From NCBI GenBank assembly GCA_905198575.1, contig CAJKDC010000003.1:2199-66198 (forward strand): 64,000 nt of DNA. Direction: 5' to 3'. Shown in pieces: positions 30,047 through 40,011 of this stretch. Both the position numbers and the translations under genes were made by a program. This DNA is from an uncultured Bacteroides sp. (lineage in GTDB: Bacteria; Bacteroidota; Bacteroidia; Bacteroidales; Bacteroidaceae). The stretch's first letter is position 1. Every line of letters starts with the position of its first letter. The notes under the pieces were generated by a model. It saw only the letters and a list, made by a program, of their open reading frames with translations, searched no databases and had not been told where the DNA came from.

Positions 30047-30068
30047 TCTTAGCTCTTAAAACACACTT

Positions 30069-30119
30069 GAATCCACTGTCAGGCTATTTTTTAACCCAGG
30101 CAGTGGATTCTTTCTTTTT
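30069..30119 (+). terminator. Intrinsic terminator
   Basis: GAATCCACTGTC / GGCAGTGGATTC stem followed by a T-tract. Confidence 0.8.
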
Positions 30120-30126
30120 AAAAGAT

Positions 30127-30134
30127 TACCTTTG
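30127..30134 (+). promoter_or_regulatory. -7 promoter element
   Basis: TACCTTTG(CA) 22 nt upstream of the ATG. Confidence 0.65.
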
Positions 30135-30155
30135 CAAAAAATAAAATGATAAACC

Positions 30156-31238
30156 ATGAAAAACATTAAAGACATTATTTCCCAATTTCCTGAGGTGGGT
30201 GAAATCACAGAAATCAAGCCACTAACATCCGGACTAATCAATCAGACCTACTTGGTTAAAACCACATCAGATAATCCCAACGACTATATCTTGCAGCGAA
30301 TTAACCACAATATATTCACCGATATAGAAATGCTGCAGCACACCATCGAAGTCGTTACAGCTCACATACGTAAAAAACTGGAAGCAAAGGGAGAACAGGA
30401 TATTGAAAGAAAAGTACTGCGGTTCGTTAAAGCTTCTACCGGAAAAACTTATTATTTCGACGGTGAAGGTTATTGGCGCGTTTCTGTTTATATACCACGT
30501 TCACAAACCCTCGAAGCCGTTACTCCTGAGTCATCTTATCTGGCTGGCCTCAACTTTGGAGAGTTTCAGGCTATGCTGGCTGACGTTCCTGAAGAAATTG
30601 GCGAAATCATTCCTAAATTCCACAATATGGAATTCCGCCTCCAGCAATTACGTGAAGCCGTTGCAGCCAATCAGTCCGGACGTTTGGAAAAAGTACAGGA
30701 CATAGTAGATGCCATCGAAAAAGATGCCGAACAGATGTGCTGTGCCGAACAACTATACCGTGAAGGCAAACTTCCCAAACGAATTTGCCATTGCGACACC
30801 AAAGTCAGCAACATGCTGTTCGACGAAGACGGTAATGTACTTTGCGTCATCGATCTGGATACCGTAATGCCAAGCTTTATATTCTCTGATTTTGGAGATT
30901 TCCTGCGTACGGCAGCCAATACTGGAAAAGAAGACGACCCGGATTTGGACAAGGTTACTTTCAATATGGAAATTTTCAAAGCCTTCACAAAAGGATACAT
31001 CGAATCGGCACGCAGCTTCCTTACTCCGATTGAAATAGAATATCTGCCTTATGCAGCTACACTATTCCCTTACATGCAAGCAGTCCGCTTCCTGGCCGAT
31101 TACATTAACGGAGATACTTACTACCAGACTCAATACAAAGAGCACAATCTAGTCCGCACAAAAGCACAATACAAACTTTATACAGCAGCCAAGGCCGCTG
31201 TACCCGAAATGCAAGCATACATCCAGTCATTGCTCTAA
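30156..31238 (+). CDS. APH/choline-kinase-fold phosphotransferase (N-acetylhexosamine 1-kinase-like)
   Basis: GLINQTY, YILQRIN, HCDTKVSN and VIDLDT motifs. Confidence 0.75.
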   Translation: MKNIKDIISQFPEVGEITEIKPLTSGLINQTYLVKTTSDNPNDYILQRINHNIFTDIEMLQHTIEVVTAHIRKKLEAKGEQDIERKVLRFVKASTGKTYYFDGEGYWRVSVYIPRSQTLEAVTPESSYLAGLNFGEFQAMLADVPEEIGEIIPKFHNMEFRLQQLREAVAANQSGRLEKVQDIVDAIEKDAEQMCCAEQLYREGKLPKRICHCDTKVSNMLFDEDGNVLCVIDLDTVMPSFIFSDFGDFLRTAANTGKEDDPDLDKVTFNMEIFKAFTKGYIESARSFLTPIEIEYLPYAATLFPYMQAVRFLADYINGDTYYQTQYKEHNLVRTKAQYKLYTAAKAAVPEMQAYIQSLL

Positions 31239-31252
31239 AAGCATTGACCTTC

Positions 31253-31288
31253 GTAAAAGCCGTTCTTCACAAGAGCGGCTTTTACTTT
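31253..31288. terminator. Bidirectional terminator
   Basis: GTAAAAGCCGTTCTT-cac-AAGAGCGGCTTTTAC between convergent genes. Confidence 0.85.
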
Positions 31289-33681
31289 TATAACCTATCC
31301 AAAGCATCCAGCTTACCCTGATGGCTCTGCTGGCTCTTACCAAATGTATAAGTCACATTCAGGCGCAACTGCCGCGTTTCCGACTTTCCGTAATGCAATA
31401 ATTTCATTGTGCTATCTTCTGTATAATTGTCCCATCTTGAAGTCCAGAATACATCCGTGAGCACCAGATTAAACATAAGCCTGTCTTTGCAAAATTTACG
31501 GTTTACCCCAATATCCAAACTTCCGGTAGGTTTATACACCGCATTGCCCGCAAGCGTTTTAGTGGTATAACTGCCATTCATCTCCATACGGATTTTCCAG
31601 GGCAGCAGCATGTTACTTTGGACCGAGAACACCCCGCTCAGCATATTCATTCTTCCCTCGTATGCCGGCATTGACAAATCATGCTCTGTATAAAACAGCA
31701 CAGCACTATACCGCATATTCCACCATCTCAACAAATTAATTTCCTGCGCAGCAGACAAAGAAAGCCGGTGCTGCTTGCCCACATTGCGGGGAATCATTGC
31801 CACCTTATTTCCTTCTATAAGCTCTTTAACTTCACTACTGTAATCATCCAACAGTGCATATCTCAAACTAAACACCCCATTATTCCCCTGTAAAGACATT
31901 CCCACCTGGTAACTTTTCTGGGGCTTCAAAAACGGGTTTCCTTTCCAGCATGACAGTTCATCCAGCAAGTATTCAAAAGGATTTAAATTCTGATACAAAG
32001 GACGGTCTATACGCGTATTGAAGTTCCAGACCAAAGCATACGCACTGTTCAACTGATAATTGACAGCCAAAGAAGGAAAAAAATCCCAATAACTGCGTTT
32101 GTTGTCTGTCACCGCCCCCTCACTTACCGGCTGCAATTCTCCCAACGAATAAGTATATTCCGTCCGAAGTCCGGCCTCTACGTTCCACTTCTCACCAATA
32201 GAATGCTTGTATTGTATATATGCAGCCCCAATCTGCTCCCTATAATCAAAACGATTGGACTGATGCACATCCAGACACTGGTCGGCTCCAAAACCATCAT
32301 AAAAATGAAACAAATTATCAGCATTTACCCATGAGTATTTCAGCCCCCAGTTAAACACGCCTCCCCACAGTTTGTTCTGCTGATTATAAGTCAGCGCATG
32401 CATATACACATCTCTTTTATTGACAGACCGATAAACCTTATCCGCCGTAACAGTTCCGTCAGGATTAAAATACGTATTAGGCTGTCTGTTATCCGATCCT
32501 CCATCAAAAAAAGCAAAGTCATAATCAACCTCATACCATGTTTCCTGCGACGGTTCAAACCTGTAAAACAAGTTTGTGGCATAACGGTTTGCTTTCTGCG
32601 TTAAATAATCATTCTCGGCATACAACGTCTGATACAGCTGCCCCGTTGTTTTATCAGATATAGCCGTTGTTGTTTTGGTAATGCCCGGCCCTCCAAGCAT
32701 ATTTAGGTTCACACCGGCCCCCAATGTATGTTCAGGCCGGATATCGTATTCAAAAGCCATTCGGGATGAAATAGTCCTGCGCTTGTCCATATCCCACGTA
32801 GGACTGTCATAAACTTGTTGTCCCTGCTCCCTATACATGCCATAATCGTATCTGTAATACCCGAACGTATGCCCATAGCCACCGGACAGTCTCCATTTTT
32901 CATTCGATATACCCAAAGACACCTCCGTATTCTGCCTCAGTTTTTGCCAATACGACAATCCGTTGTTTACCGATAGATACAAATGCTGCTCGCGGGTAAC
33001 CTTTTTCATTCTTATATTCACGATTCCCCCGGTTCCCTGGGCATCATAGCTGGCCGGTGGCTGTTGCATCACCTCAACAGACTCAATACTTTCAGCCGGA
33101 GTAGAGCGTAACAAGGCTGTGAGTTCCTCCTGCTGCATATAGGTATTCTTGCCGTTCAGCAAAACCAGGACACCACCTTTCCCGCCAATGTGCAAATTAT
33201 TCTGTCCGTCTACAAAAACGCCCGGCGTGCGCTTCAGTACATCCAAAGCAGAACCTCCTGCCACAAGCGCACTGTTTTTAGGCGTAAATACAATGTTCCC
33301 ATTATCCATCTTTATGGAAGCATGCTGCTTTTCTCCCACCACAACTACATTCTCCAGCTCCACCGAAGCCGCCTCCAGAATAATCTCTCCGGCATCTGTC
33401 TTTTCTGTAACATCCAACCAATCCGTATAACGGGCAACATACCCCAGACAATTGACAAACAGACGCACCTTTCCTTCTGAAGCCAATGCCGAAAACTTTC
33501 CCTCTCCATCCGCTATACACTGAAACAAGACTTTGCCCTGTTCGTTCATTCCAGAAATCACTGCCGCATCTACGGGAGTTCCATCCACCGCTTTTATCAT
33601 CCCATTTATCTGTCCCTTTCCTGACTGAGCCATGACTCCAAGGGAACATAAAATCCAGACAAATAACAAAATAGATTTCAT
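31288..33681 (-). CDS. Outer-membrane beta-barrel / TonB-dependent-receptor-like protein
   Basis: Signal peptide; carboxypeptidase-regulatory-like N-domain; plug motifs (DVLKRTPGV, GGIVNI); GNPFLKP; terminal beta strand LNVTYTFG. Confidence 0.8.
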   Translation of the reverse strand: MKSILLFVWILCSLGVMAQSGKGQINGMIKAVDGTPVDAAVISGMNEQGKVLFQCIADGEGKFSALASEGKVRLFVNCLGYVARYTDWLDVTEKTDAGEIILEAASVELENVVVVGEKQHASIKMDNGNIVFTPKNSALVAGGSALDVLKRTPGVFVDGQNNLHIGGKGGVLVLLNGKNTYMQQEELTALLRSTPAESIESVEVMQQPPASYDAQGTGGIVNIRMKKVTREQHLYLSVNNGLSYWQKLRQNTEVSLGISNEKWRLSGGYGHTFGYYRYDYGMYREQGQQVYDSPTWDMDKRRTISSRMAFEYDIRPEHTLGAGVNLNMLGGPGITKTTTAISDKTTGQLYQTLYAENDYLTQKANRYATNLFYRFEPSQETWYEVDYDFAFFDGGSDNRQPNTYFNPDGTVTADKVYRSVNKRDVYMHALTYNQQNKLWGGVFNWGLKYSWVNADNLFHFYDGFGADQCLDVHQSNRFDYREQIGAAYIQYKHSIGEKWNVEAGLRTEYTYSLGELQPVSEGAVTDNKRSYWDFFPSLAVNYQLNSAYALVWNFNTRIDRPLYQNLNPFEYLLDELSCWKGNPFLKPQKSYQVGMSLQGNNGVFSLRYALLDDYSSEVKELIEGNKVAMIPRNVGKQHRLSLSAAQEINLLRWWNMRYSAVLFYTEHDLSMPAYEGRMNMLSGVFSVQSNMLLPWKIRMEMNGSYTTKTLAGNAVYKPTGSLDIGVNRKFCKDRLMFNLVLTDVFWTSRWDNYTEDSTMKLLHYGKSETRQLRLNVTYTFGKSQQSHQGKLDALDRL

Positions 33682-33978
33682 AATCTTTTTTTCAAGCAAA
33701 ATAAAAAAACATGTCACAGTCAAAAATACACTAATTTTCAGACAATTACCAAATTATATCTAATTCTTTGAAAAGTAATTCTAAATATACCTATTTCAGA
33801 ATTTCTATACCCAAAGATTAAAAACAACATCCGATCTATATAAAACTTCAGAAATTTCAGTATCTCCGCAACGCATCATTATTGAGATAAACTTGCCGCT
33901 CAAGAAAGAGGTATCTTCATCTCTAAAAAGATAAAAGTTGTTCTCAACTGTAACACAATCAACTTTTACGGATAAAAA

Positions 33979-34022
33979 CAAAAATACCCCGTCATTGAGC
34001 AATTGCACCAATAACGGGGTAT
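33979..34022 (-). terminator. Terminator of the S9 peptidase operon
   Basis: ATACCCCGTCATTG / CAATAACGGGGTAT stem with a U-tract on the minus strand. Confidence 0.8.
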
Positions 34023-34047
34023 CCAGAATCAGAACGGTACGTATATA

Positions 34048-36471
34048 TCAGCGTCGTGGTATATCCACCGAATCTTCCTTACGGCCTTTCAGATATTCCG
34101 AGAAGAAATCCACCATACGCCAGTAAAAATATTCATCCATCGTACCGAAAGCGTGCCGCTGTCCGGGCAGAATCAGCAAGTCAAAACGCTTGTTGGCTTT
34201 AATCAGTGCATCTACCACACGGATGGTATTAGCAGGATGCACGTTATTGTCTATATCGCCATGCACCAGCATCAAGTGACCTTTCAGTTGCTTCACGATT
34301 TCAGGGTTGGTAGCAATCTTATAGACAAAGGTTGTATCGCCTTGCTCGGTTATCTCTTCCTTTACACCGTGATGGGTTTCACTCCACCAGCGGTTATAGA
34401 TGCGGTTGTCATGATTGCCCGCACACGATACAGCTGCTTTATAGAAATCGGGATACTGGCAAATGGCTGCTGTAGACATAAATCCACCGCCCGAATGTCC
34501 GTGAATACCAACACGGTCAATATCGATAAACGGATAACGGGCTGCCAGCTGTTCCACTGCGGCTTTATGGTCGGCCAGCGGATAATCGCGCATATTGCCG
34601 TAGCCATAGTTGTGATACCATTTGGAGCGGCTGGGATGTCCACCACGCTGTCCTACGGAAATAACAATGAAACCGGCCTGAGCCAGACGGTCGGTACGTA
34701 CACTCATACGGGTAAACGGATAGTAAACAGCCTCTACCTGTGGTCCGGGATAGACATAATCAATGATAGGATATACTTTGGTAGAATCAAAGTTGAAGGG
34801 TTTGTACATCACACCATACAAGTCGGTCACTCCGTCAGCTGCTTTTACCTTAAACAGTTCCGGGAACTGATAACCGGCTGCTTTCAGCTGCGAGAAATCG
34901 CTTTCCTGCAAAGTCATGACTTTGCGACCATTGGTATCCAGCAGATCGGCACACGGCACGGTATTCACTCTGGAATAGTTGTCTACAAAGAAACGAGCCT
35001 CATCGTCTACTTCTACCTGATGGAAGTAATCGCCTTTGGTGAGCTGCTGCAAACCGCTGCCGTCTGTCTTTACTTTATAGAGATGTTCGTAATACGGATT
35101 TTCGTCCTCATTGCGCCCATTAGCCGTGAAATAGATGGTGCGTGTTTTTTCGTCTACCTTCAAGACTTGCTCCACATGCCAAGGTCCTTTGGTGATGCGG
35201 TTTTTCAGATTCCCGTGTTCATCGTACAAGTACAAATGGGCCCATCCGTCGCGTTCGCTCCACTGTACCAGTTCCTTGCCTCCCTGCAATACAAAGATGG
35301 GGCGGGTTTCCTGATAAGTATTCATACGCTCTTTAATAATAGGAACAATAGAATCGGCTCCTATCGTATAGGTACAAACATCTATGCGATGCAAGTCACG
35401 ACTGCTGCGAGTCAGGAAGAAGCGGTTATTGTCGCCCTGCCATACGGCAGAACGGTATTCCTTGTCGCGCTCTTTCTGCTGGATCGGACGGTATTCCAAA
35501 CTGATGGTCTGGTGCTTGTAGGCATCTACCTTTACCTGCTTGCGGGTGTTGTTTGTCATGTCGAAAACAAACAGATAATCAATCGGAGCCTCCATTTCTC
35601 CGGGCATCTGGTAACGGTAGCTTTCCAGTGTAGGACGGGGCTGCGCTACGGAGTTGATAACCCAAAGTTTTTTTACAGCACGTTCGTCGGTTACATTTAC
35701 GGCAAAGTGCTTTGAGTCGGGTGACCAGCAGCCTCCCCATACGCTGCGGCGTTTGCCGTTGCACAGCGTATCGGTATTCAGCATGCTATAAGGTATGCCG
35801 TAACCAAAAGCTTCGGTGCCATCGGTCGTCAACTGAATTTCGACAACCGTACTGTCTTTTTCGTTTTTTCTCAGTTTTTCGTAGTCGGCAATGCTCATTT
35901 TATACAGATTGCAGTCTTTTGCATAGACTACCGTCTGACCGTCCGGTGAAACATTTCCCCAACTTAAGTCTTTAAGCGGTTCTTCGGCATCTACCAGATG
36001 TGTGAGTTTGCGACTGGAAGAATCGTATGAAAAATAAAATACTTTCTTTTCTTTTTTCTTCGGGTCGTCCTTAGCAGGGCACTCGCGTGTAGAAGTTACC
36101 TGGAAAGTAAATGTACGTCCGTCTTCCTTTGCCTTCAGGTTCTCGATGGGCAGATGACGGGCTTCGAACGGATCTTGCACGATTTCGGTAAGCTGTGCTG
36201 CCAGCTCTTCACGGTCGAACAGCAGCTGCTTGCTGCGTGCAGAAGGGTCGACTACGTACCAGAATGTTCCTTCACTGGTTTTATATTCGAACCAGAAACG
36301 GTTTCCCTGCTGGAACCAGTGTGGGTCGACCAGTGTAGAAAACAGCAAATGGTCCAACTTTTCTTTGGTAAACTTCTCGGCCTGCAAATATTCGGGCAAG
36401 CGTTGCTGTGCACCGGCCTTTACAGTTAAAAACAATAATCCTAAAACAACAATTAATCGGGTTATCTTCAT
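34048..36471 (-). CDS. S9-family dipeptidyl-peptidase IV-like protease
   Basis: Signal peptide, beta-propeller, GHSGGG nucleophile motif, DNNVH and GQRH triad motifs. Confidence 0.88.
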   Translation of the reverse strand: MKITRLIVVLGLLFLTVKAGAQQRLPEYLQAEKFTKEKLDHLLFSTLVDPHWFQQGNRFWFEYKTSEGTFWYVVDPSARSKQLLFDREELAAQLTEIVQDPFEARHLPIENLKAKEDGRTFTFQVTSTRECPAKDDPKKKEKKVFYFSYDSSSRKLTHLVDAEEPLKDLSWGNVSPDGQTVVYAKDCNLYKMSIADYEKLRKNEKDSTVVEIQLTTDGTEAFGYGIPYSMLNTDTLCNGKRRSVWGGCWSPDSKHFAVNVTDERAVKKLWVINSVAQPRPTLESYRYQMPGEMEAPIDYLFVFDMTNNTRKQVKVDAYKHQTISLEYRPIQQKERDKEYRSAVWQGDNNRFFLTRSSRDLHRIDVCTYTIGADSIVPIIKERMNTYQETRPIFVLQGGKELVQWSERDGWAHLYLYDEHGNLKNRITKGPWHVEQVLKVDEKTRTIYFTANGRNEDENPYYEHLYKVKTDGSGLQQLTKGDYFHQVEVDDEARFFVDNYSRVNTVPCADLLDTNGRKVMTLQESDFSQLKAAGYQFPELFKVKAADGVTDLYGVMYKPFNFDSTKVYPIIDYVYPGPQVEAVYYPFTRMSVRTDRLAQAGFIVISVGQRGGHPSRSKWYHNYGYGNMRDYPLADHKAAVEQLAARYPFIDIDRVGIHGHSGGGFMSTAAICQYPDFYKAAVSCAGNHDNRIYNRWWSETHHGVKEEITEQGDTTFVYKIATNPEIVKQLKGHLMLVHGDIDNNVHPANTIRVVDALIKANKRFDLLILPGQRHAFGTMDEYFYWRMVDFFSEYLKGRKEDSVDIPRR

Positions 36472-36486
36472 ACTACTAAAAAATTA

Positions 36487-38952
36487 TCAGCCTTGGAAAT
36501 AAACACGTTTCACACGATTGGATACGCTGGTAAGCACTTCGTACGGAATGGTATCCAAGAGGTCGGAAAGCACTGTTACGGGCAGGTTATCACCAAAAAT
36601 AATCACCTTATCTCCTTCACGGCAGTCGATGTCGGTTACATCAATCATGCAAACGTCCATACAGATATTGCCTACATAAGGAGCTTTCTTACCGTTCACC
36701 AGACAATAGCCCCGGCCATTGCCCAAATGTCTGTTCAAGCCGTCGGCATAACCGATAGGAACTGCTGCAATTCGGGAATCGCGTTCCAAAATGCCTTTCC
36801 GGCCATAGCCTACGGTTTCTTCCTTGGGCACATCGTGGATTTGCAATATTGTGGAGCGCAGTGTGCTGATATTATGCAGCATTTCGTTCGTAAACGGGTC
36901 TACACCATACAGTCCGATTCCCAGACGCACCATTTCGAACTGTGCACCGGGATAGCGCTGAATGCCGGCTGTATTGCAGATATGGCGGATTATCTTAAAG
37001 CTGAAGCCTTCCTGCAACTGGGCAGCGGCTGCCTCGAATACTTCTATCTGACGGCGGGTAAAGGTATCCAGTCTCTCGGTATCACTTCCCACCAGATGCG
37101 AGAATACCGAACGGGGGATGACGGAAGTCTGCTTGTGCAGGCGCTCTACCAGACGCGGAATTTCGGCCGGAGCAAAACCCAGACGGTGCATACCGGTATC
37201 TATCTTTATATGGATAGGGAAATTGGTGATACCTTCGCGTTCGGCTGCCTTGATCAGTTCTTCCAGCAAATGGAAACTGTAGACTTCCGGTTCCAGCTTG
37301 TAATCGAACAAGGTTTTAAAAGCGGTCTGTTCGGGATTCATGATAATGATAGAGCTGGTAATACCGGCTTTTCGCAATTCGGAACCCTCGTCGGCTACGG
37401 CTACTGCCAGATAGTTTACCCGCTGGTCTTCCAATGTTTTGGCTATTTCATAAGAACCGGCTCCATAGGCTGAAGCTTTTACCATGCATACGATTTTGGT
37501 ATCCGGTTTCAGTTTGTTCCGATAGTAGTTCAGATTGTCGACCAATGCGTTCAGATTGATTTCCAGAGTGGTTTCGTGGACTTTCAATTCCAGCAAATCG
37601 GTTATCTTATCAAACTGAAAAGTTCTTGAACCTTTAATCAGCACGATTTCATCGTGCAACTGGTTGAGCAGACCGGAGTTAAGCAGCTCAGTCGTAGAGC
37701 GGAAGAAATATTTTTCCAGTTCGAAACGTGAGGAAGAAGAAGCGATATCTTCGCCTACACCAATGAGCTTATCTACGCCACGACTGTGAATCAGGTCGGC
37801 TACCTGTCTGTAAAGCAACTTGCTGGTCTGGCCTGTTTCCAATATATCCGAAAGGATAAGCGTGCGCTTGCGCATTTTATCTTCCGACCGGCGTTGCATA
37901 AAGTCCAATGCGATGTCCAGTGAAGCCAAATCCGAATTGTAGCTGTCGTTAATTAAGGTACAGCCGTTCTTGCCTTCCTTCACTTCGAGACGCATGGCTA
38001 CCGGTTCCAGTTTTGCCATACGTTCGGCTATCTGTTCCGGAGGAAGCATCATGTAAAGTGCAACGGCCAGACAATGAATAGAGTTTTCGATGGAAGCATC
38101 GTCTATAAAAGGAATGGTATACGAGCTGGGCAGACCGATATATCTGTAATAGATGGTAGTGTGAGTCTCTTCTTTGGTTATTTTTTCGATAAACAACGGA
38201 CGCTCGTTGTCTTTTCTGGACCATGCGATTTCTCTGGCTGTAAACAAGGACTTGGTCACACAGCTACTTATAACTTCATTATCGCCATCGTAAATAACGA
38301 CATCACAGTCTTTAAACAGCAGCAGTTTTTCCATACATTTATCTACCACCGAAGAAAAATTTTCCTGATGGGCTCCACCTATATTAGTAAGGATACCGAT
38401 GGTAGGCTGTATAATCGGTTTGAGGGCTTCCATCTCACCCATTTCGGAAATGCCGGCTTCGAAAATACCCAGCTCTGTATGTTCATTCATCAGCCAGATA
38501 GAAAGCGGAACACCGATTTGAGAGTTATAGCTTCGGGGAGAACGGGTGATTACCCTTTCCGGACTCAGCAACTGATAAAGCCATTCTTTCACAATGGTCT
38601 TACCATTACTGCCGGTGATTCCCACAACCGGAACCTGAAACTGTTCGCGATGATGAGTAGCCAGTTTCTGCAACCCTTTAAGCGGACGATCTAATACCAG
38701 AAAATTGGCATCTTTATATTCGCTTGCTTTTTCGGGAAGGTCGCTCACTACAAAATTGCGTACTCCACGTGTATATAAATCATAAATGTATTTGTGTCCG
38801 TCGTTTCGCTTGGTCTTCAGAGCAAAAAACAAAGTTTCTTCGGGGAAACATAACGAACGGCTGTCTGTAAGAATCCAATCGACATGAGCAGGTGTCGTTC
38901 CAACCCGCGTTGCTCCCATTATGGAAGCTATTTCTTCAATATTGCTTGACAT
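36487..38952 (-). CDS. murF-alr: Bifunctional MurF / alanine racemase
   Basis: GITGSNGKT and NDSYN (MurF); MVKASAYG, KIDTGMHRLG and IPYEV (Alr). Confidence 0.93.
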   Translation of the reverse strand: MSSNIEEIASIMGATRVGTTPAHVDWILTDSRSLCFPEETLFFALKTKRNDGHKYIYDLYTRGVRNFVVSDLPEKASEYKDANFLVLDRPLKGLQKLATHHREQFQVPVVGITGSNGKTIVKEWLYQLLSPERVITRSPRSYNSQIGVPLSIWLMNEHTELGIFEAGISEMGEMEALKPIIQPTIGILTNIGGAHQENFSSVVDKCMEKLLLFKDCDVVIYDGDNEVISSCVTKSLFTAREIAWSRKDNERPLFIEKITKEETHTTIYYRYIGLPSSYTIPFIDDASIENSIHCLAVALYMMLPPEQIAERMAKLEPVAMRLEVKEGKNGCTLINDSYNSDLASLDIALDFMQRRSEDKMRKRTLILSDILETGQTSKLLYRQVADLIHSRGVDKLIGVGEDIASSSSRFELEKYFFRSTTELLNSGLLNQLHDEIVLIKGSRTFQFDKITDLLELKVHETTLEINLNALVDNLNYYRNKLKPDTKIVCMVKASAYGAGSYEIAKTLEDQRVNYLAVAVADEGSELRKAGITSSIIIMNPEQTAFKTLFDYKLEPEVYSFHLLEELIKAAEREGITNFPIHIKIDTGMHRLGFAPAEIPRLVERLHKQTSVIPRSVFSHLVGSDTERLDTFTRRQIEVFEAAAAQLQEGFSFKIIRHICNTAGIQRYPGAQFEMVRLGIGLYGVDPFTNEMLHNISTLRSTILQIHDVPKEETVGYGRKGILERDSRIAAVPIGYADGLNRHLGNGRGYCLVNGKKAPYVGNICMDVCMIDVTDIDCREGDKVIIFGDNLPVTVLSDLLDTIPYEVLTSVSNRVKRVYFQG

Positions 38953-39920
38953 AGTGTTATCTCATTTTGGACGTCTAAATACGGGAATTTTTCTTTAAGT
39001 TCTTGTATCTTTAACAGATTTTGACTTATAAACTGGTAATAAGCCGACGAATCGGGATAAAATGGACGATGTTCTAATGCTTTACGTATTTTTCCGAAAG
39101 CTTCAATCAGTTTCATAGTGTCAGAAGAAAAGTAAGAATCGGCAAAACATTGCCATATATAATCGACAGCTACGCTAGACGGATGAATCATATCTTCGGC
39201 ATAAAAGCGATAATCGCGCAATTCGTCCATCATAATTTCATAAGAAGGAAAGTAATGGCAGTCCGGAATACGACTGCATAACTGATGAACAGCCAGTTGC
39301 AAAACTGATTTACTGATCTGATTGCCGTGCATACTGTCTTTTACATGACGAATCGGACTGATGGTAAACAATATTTTCAAAACCTTATCCGAAAAACGGT
39401 TACGTATCTCGGTAATCAAGTCTGTATATATAGTTACAATTTCATTAACATCCAAAAGTCTGCGTGAAAACATTTTTTCGGGAAATTTATGGCAATTCCC
39501 CACAATTTGCCCGTCTTCTTTCTTTTCATAGACCCAGGCTGTACCCCAGGTTATCAAAATCCAGGAAGCTTGGGCCAAATTACTGGCAGAACAGGCCATA
39601 CGACTGTTTATCTTTGCCAAACAATCCTGAGAAGAAGACATGGAAAAACTGCCATGATGCATCCAACTATGCCACAAGCCATTACGCATTACCAATTCAT
39701 CCTCTTTGTAAATCTTACCTTCCAGCAATTCACGCATGGCTTTCGCTATCGACAAAGGATTGTACAAAACGCCAAAAGGATTCAGGTCACACAAAAATTT
39801 TGAGGATAACAATTTATTTCCAATATGCTCGGAAAAACATGAGCCGAACAGCAAAATTTGTTCGTTATGACGAATTTCGGCAGTCCCTATAGGCAATTCT
39901 ACTTTCGTTCTAAAATCCAT
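38928..39920 (-). CDS. GSCFA-domain protein
   Basis: GSCFS, TISPIRH and YFPSYE…DMIHPS motifs. Confidence 0.85.
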   Translation of the reverse strand: MDFRTKVELPIGTAEIRHNEQILLFGSCFSEHIGNKLLSSKFLCDLNPFGVLYNPLSIAKAMRELLEGKIYKEDELVMRNGLWHSWMHHGSFSMSSSQDCLAKINSRMACSASNLAQASWILITWGTAWVYEKKEDGQIVGNCHKFPEKMFSRRLLDVNEIVTIYTDLITEIRNRFSDKVLKILFTISPIRHVKDSMHGNQISKSVLQLAVHQLCSRIPDCHYFPSYEIMMDELRDYRFYAEDMIHPSSVAVDYIWQCFADSYFSSDTMKLIEAFGKIRKALEHRPFYPDSSAYYQFISQNLLKIQELKEKFPYLDVQNEITLCQAILKK

Positions 39921-39951
39921 ATTCAACCAGATACAACTATTTTTTTAAATA

Positions 39952-39989
39952 CAAAAATAGGCATTATACATATATTTATACTACTTTTG
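39952..39989. promoter_or_regulatory. Divergent -7 elements (GSCFA operon and dxs)
   Basis: TATTTTTG on the minus strand (39952-39959) and TACTTTTG on the plus strand (39982-39989). Confidence 0.6.
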
Positions 39990-40011
39990 TATTATTAAAG
40001 TACAATGTAGA

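Noticed and set aside
30156..31238. Aminoglycoside resistance gene
   Set aside because: Its length and motifs fit the NahK-like sugar kinase branch, and there is no mobile context.
33805..34011. Small ORF as a peptide ligand for the outer-membrane receptor
   Set aside because: It starts inside a terminator hairpin and has no leader or precursor features.
34153..37473. 520-aa and 326-aa plus-strand ORFs
   Set aside because: They lie antisense to the well-supported peptidase and murF-alr genes.
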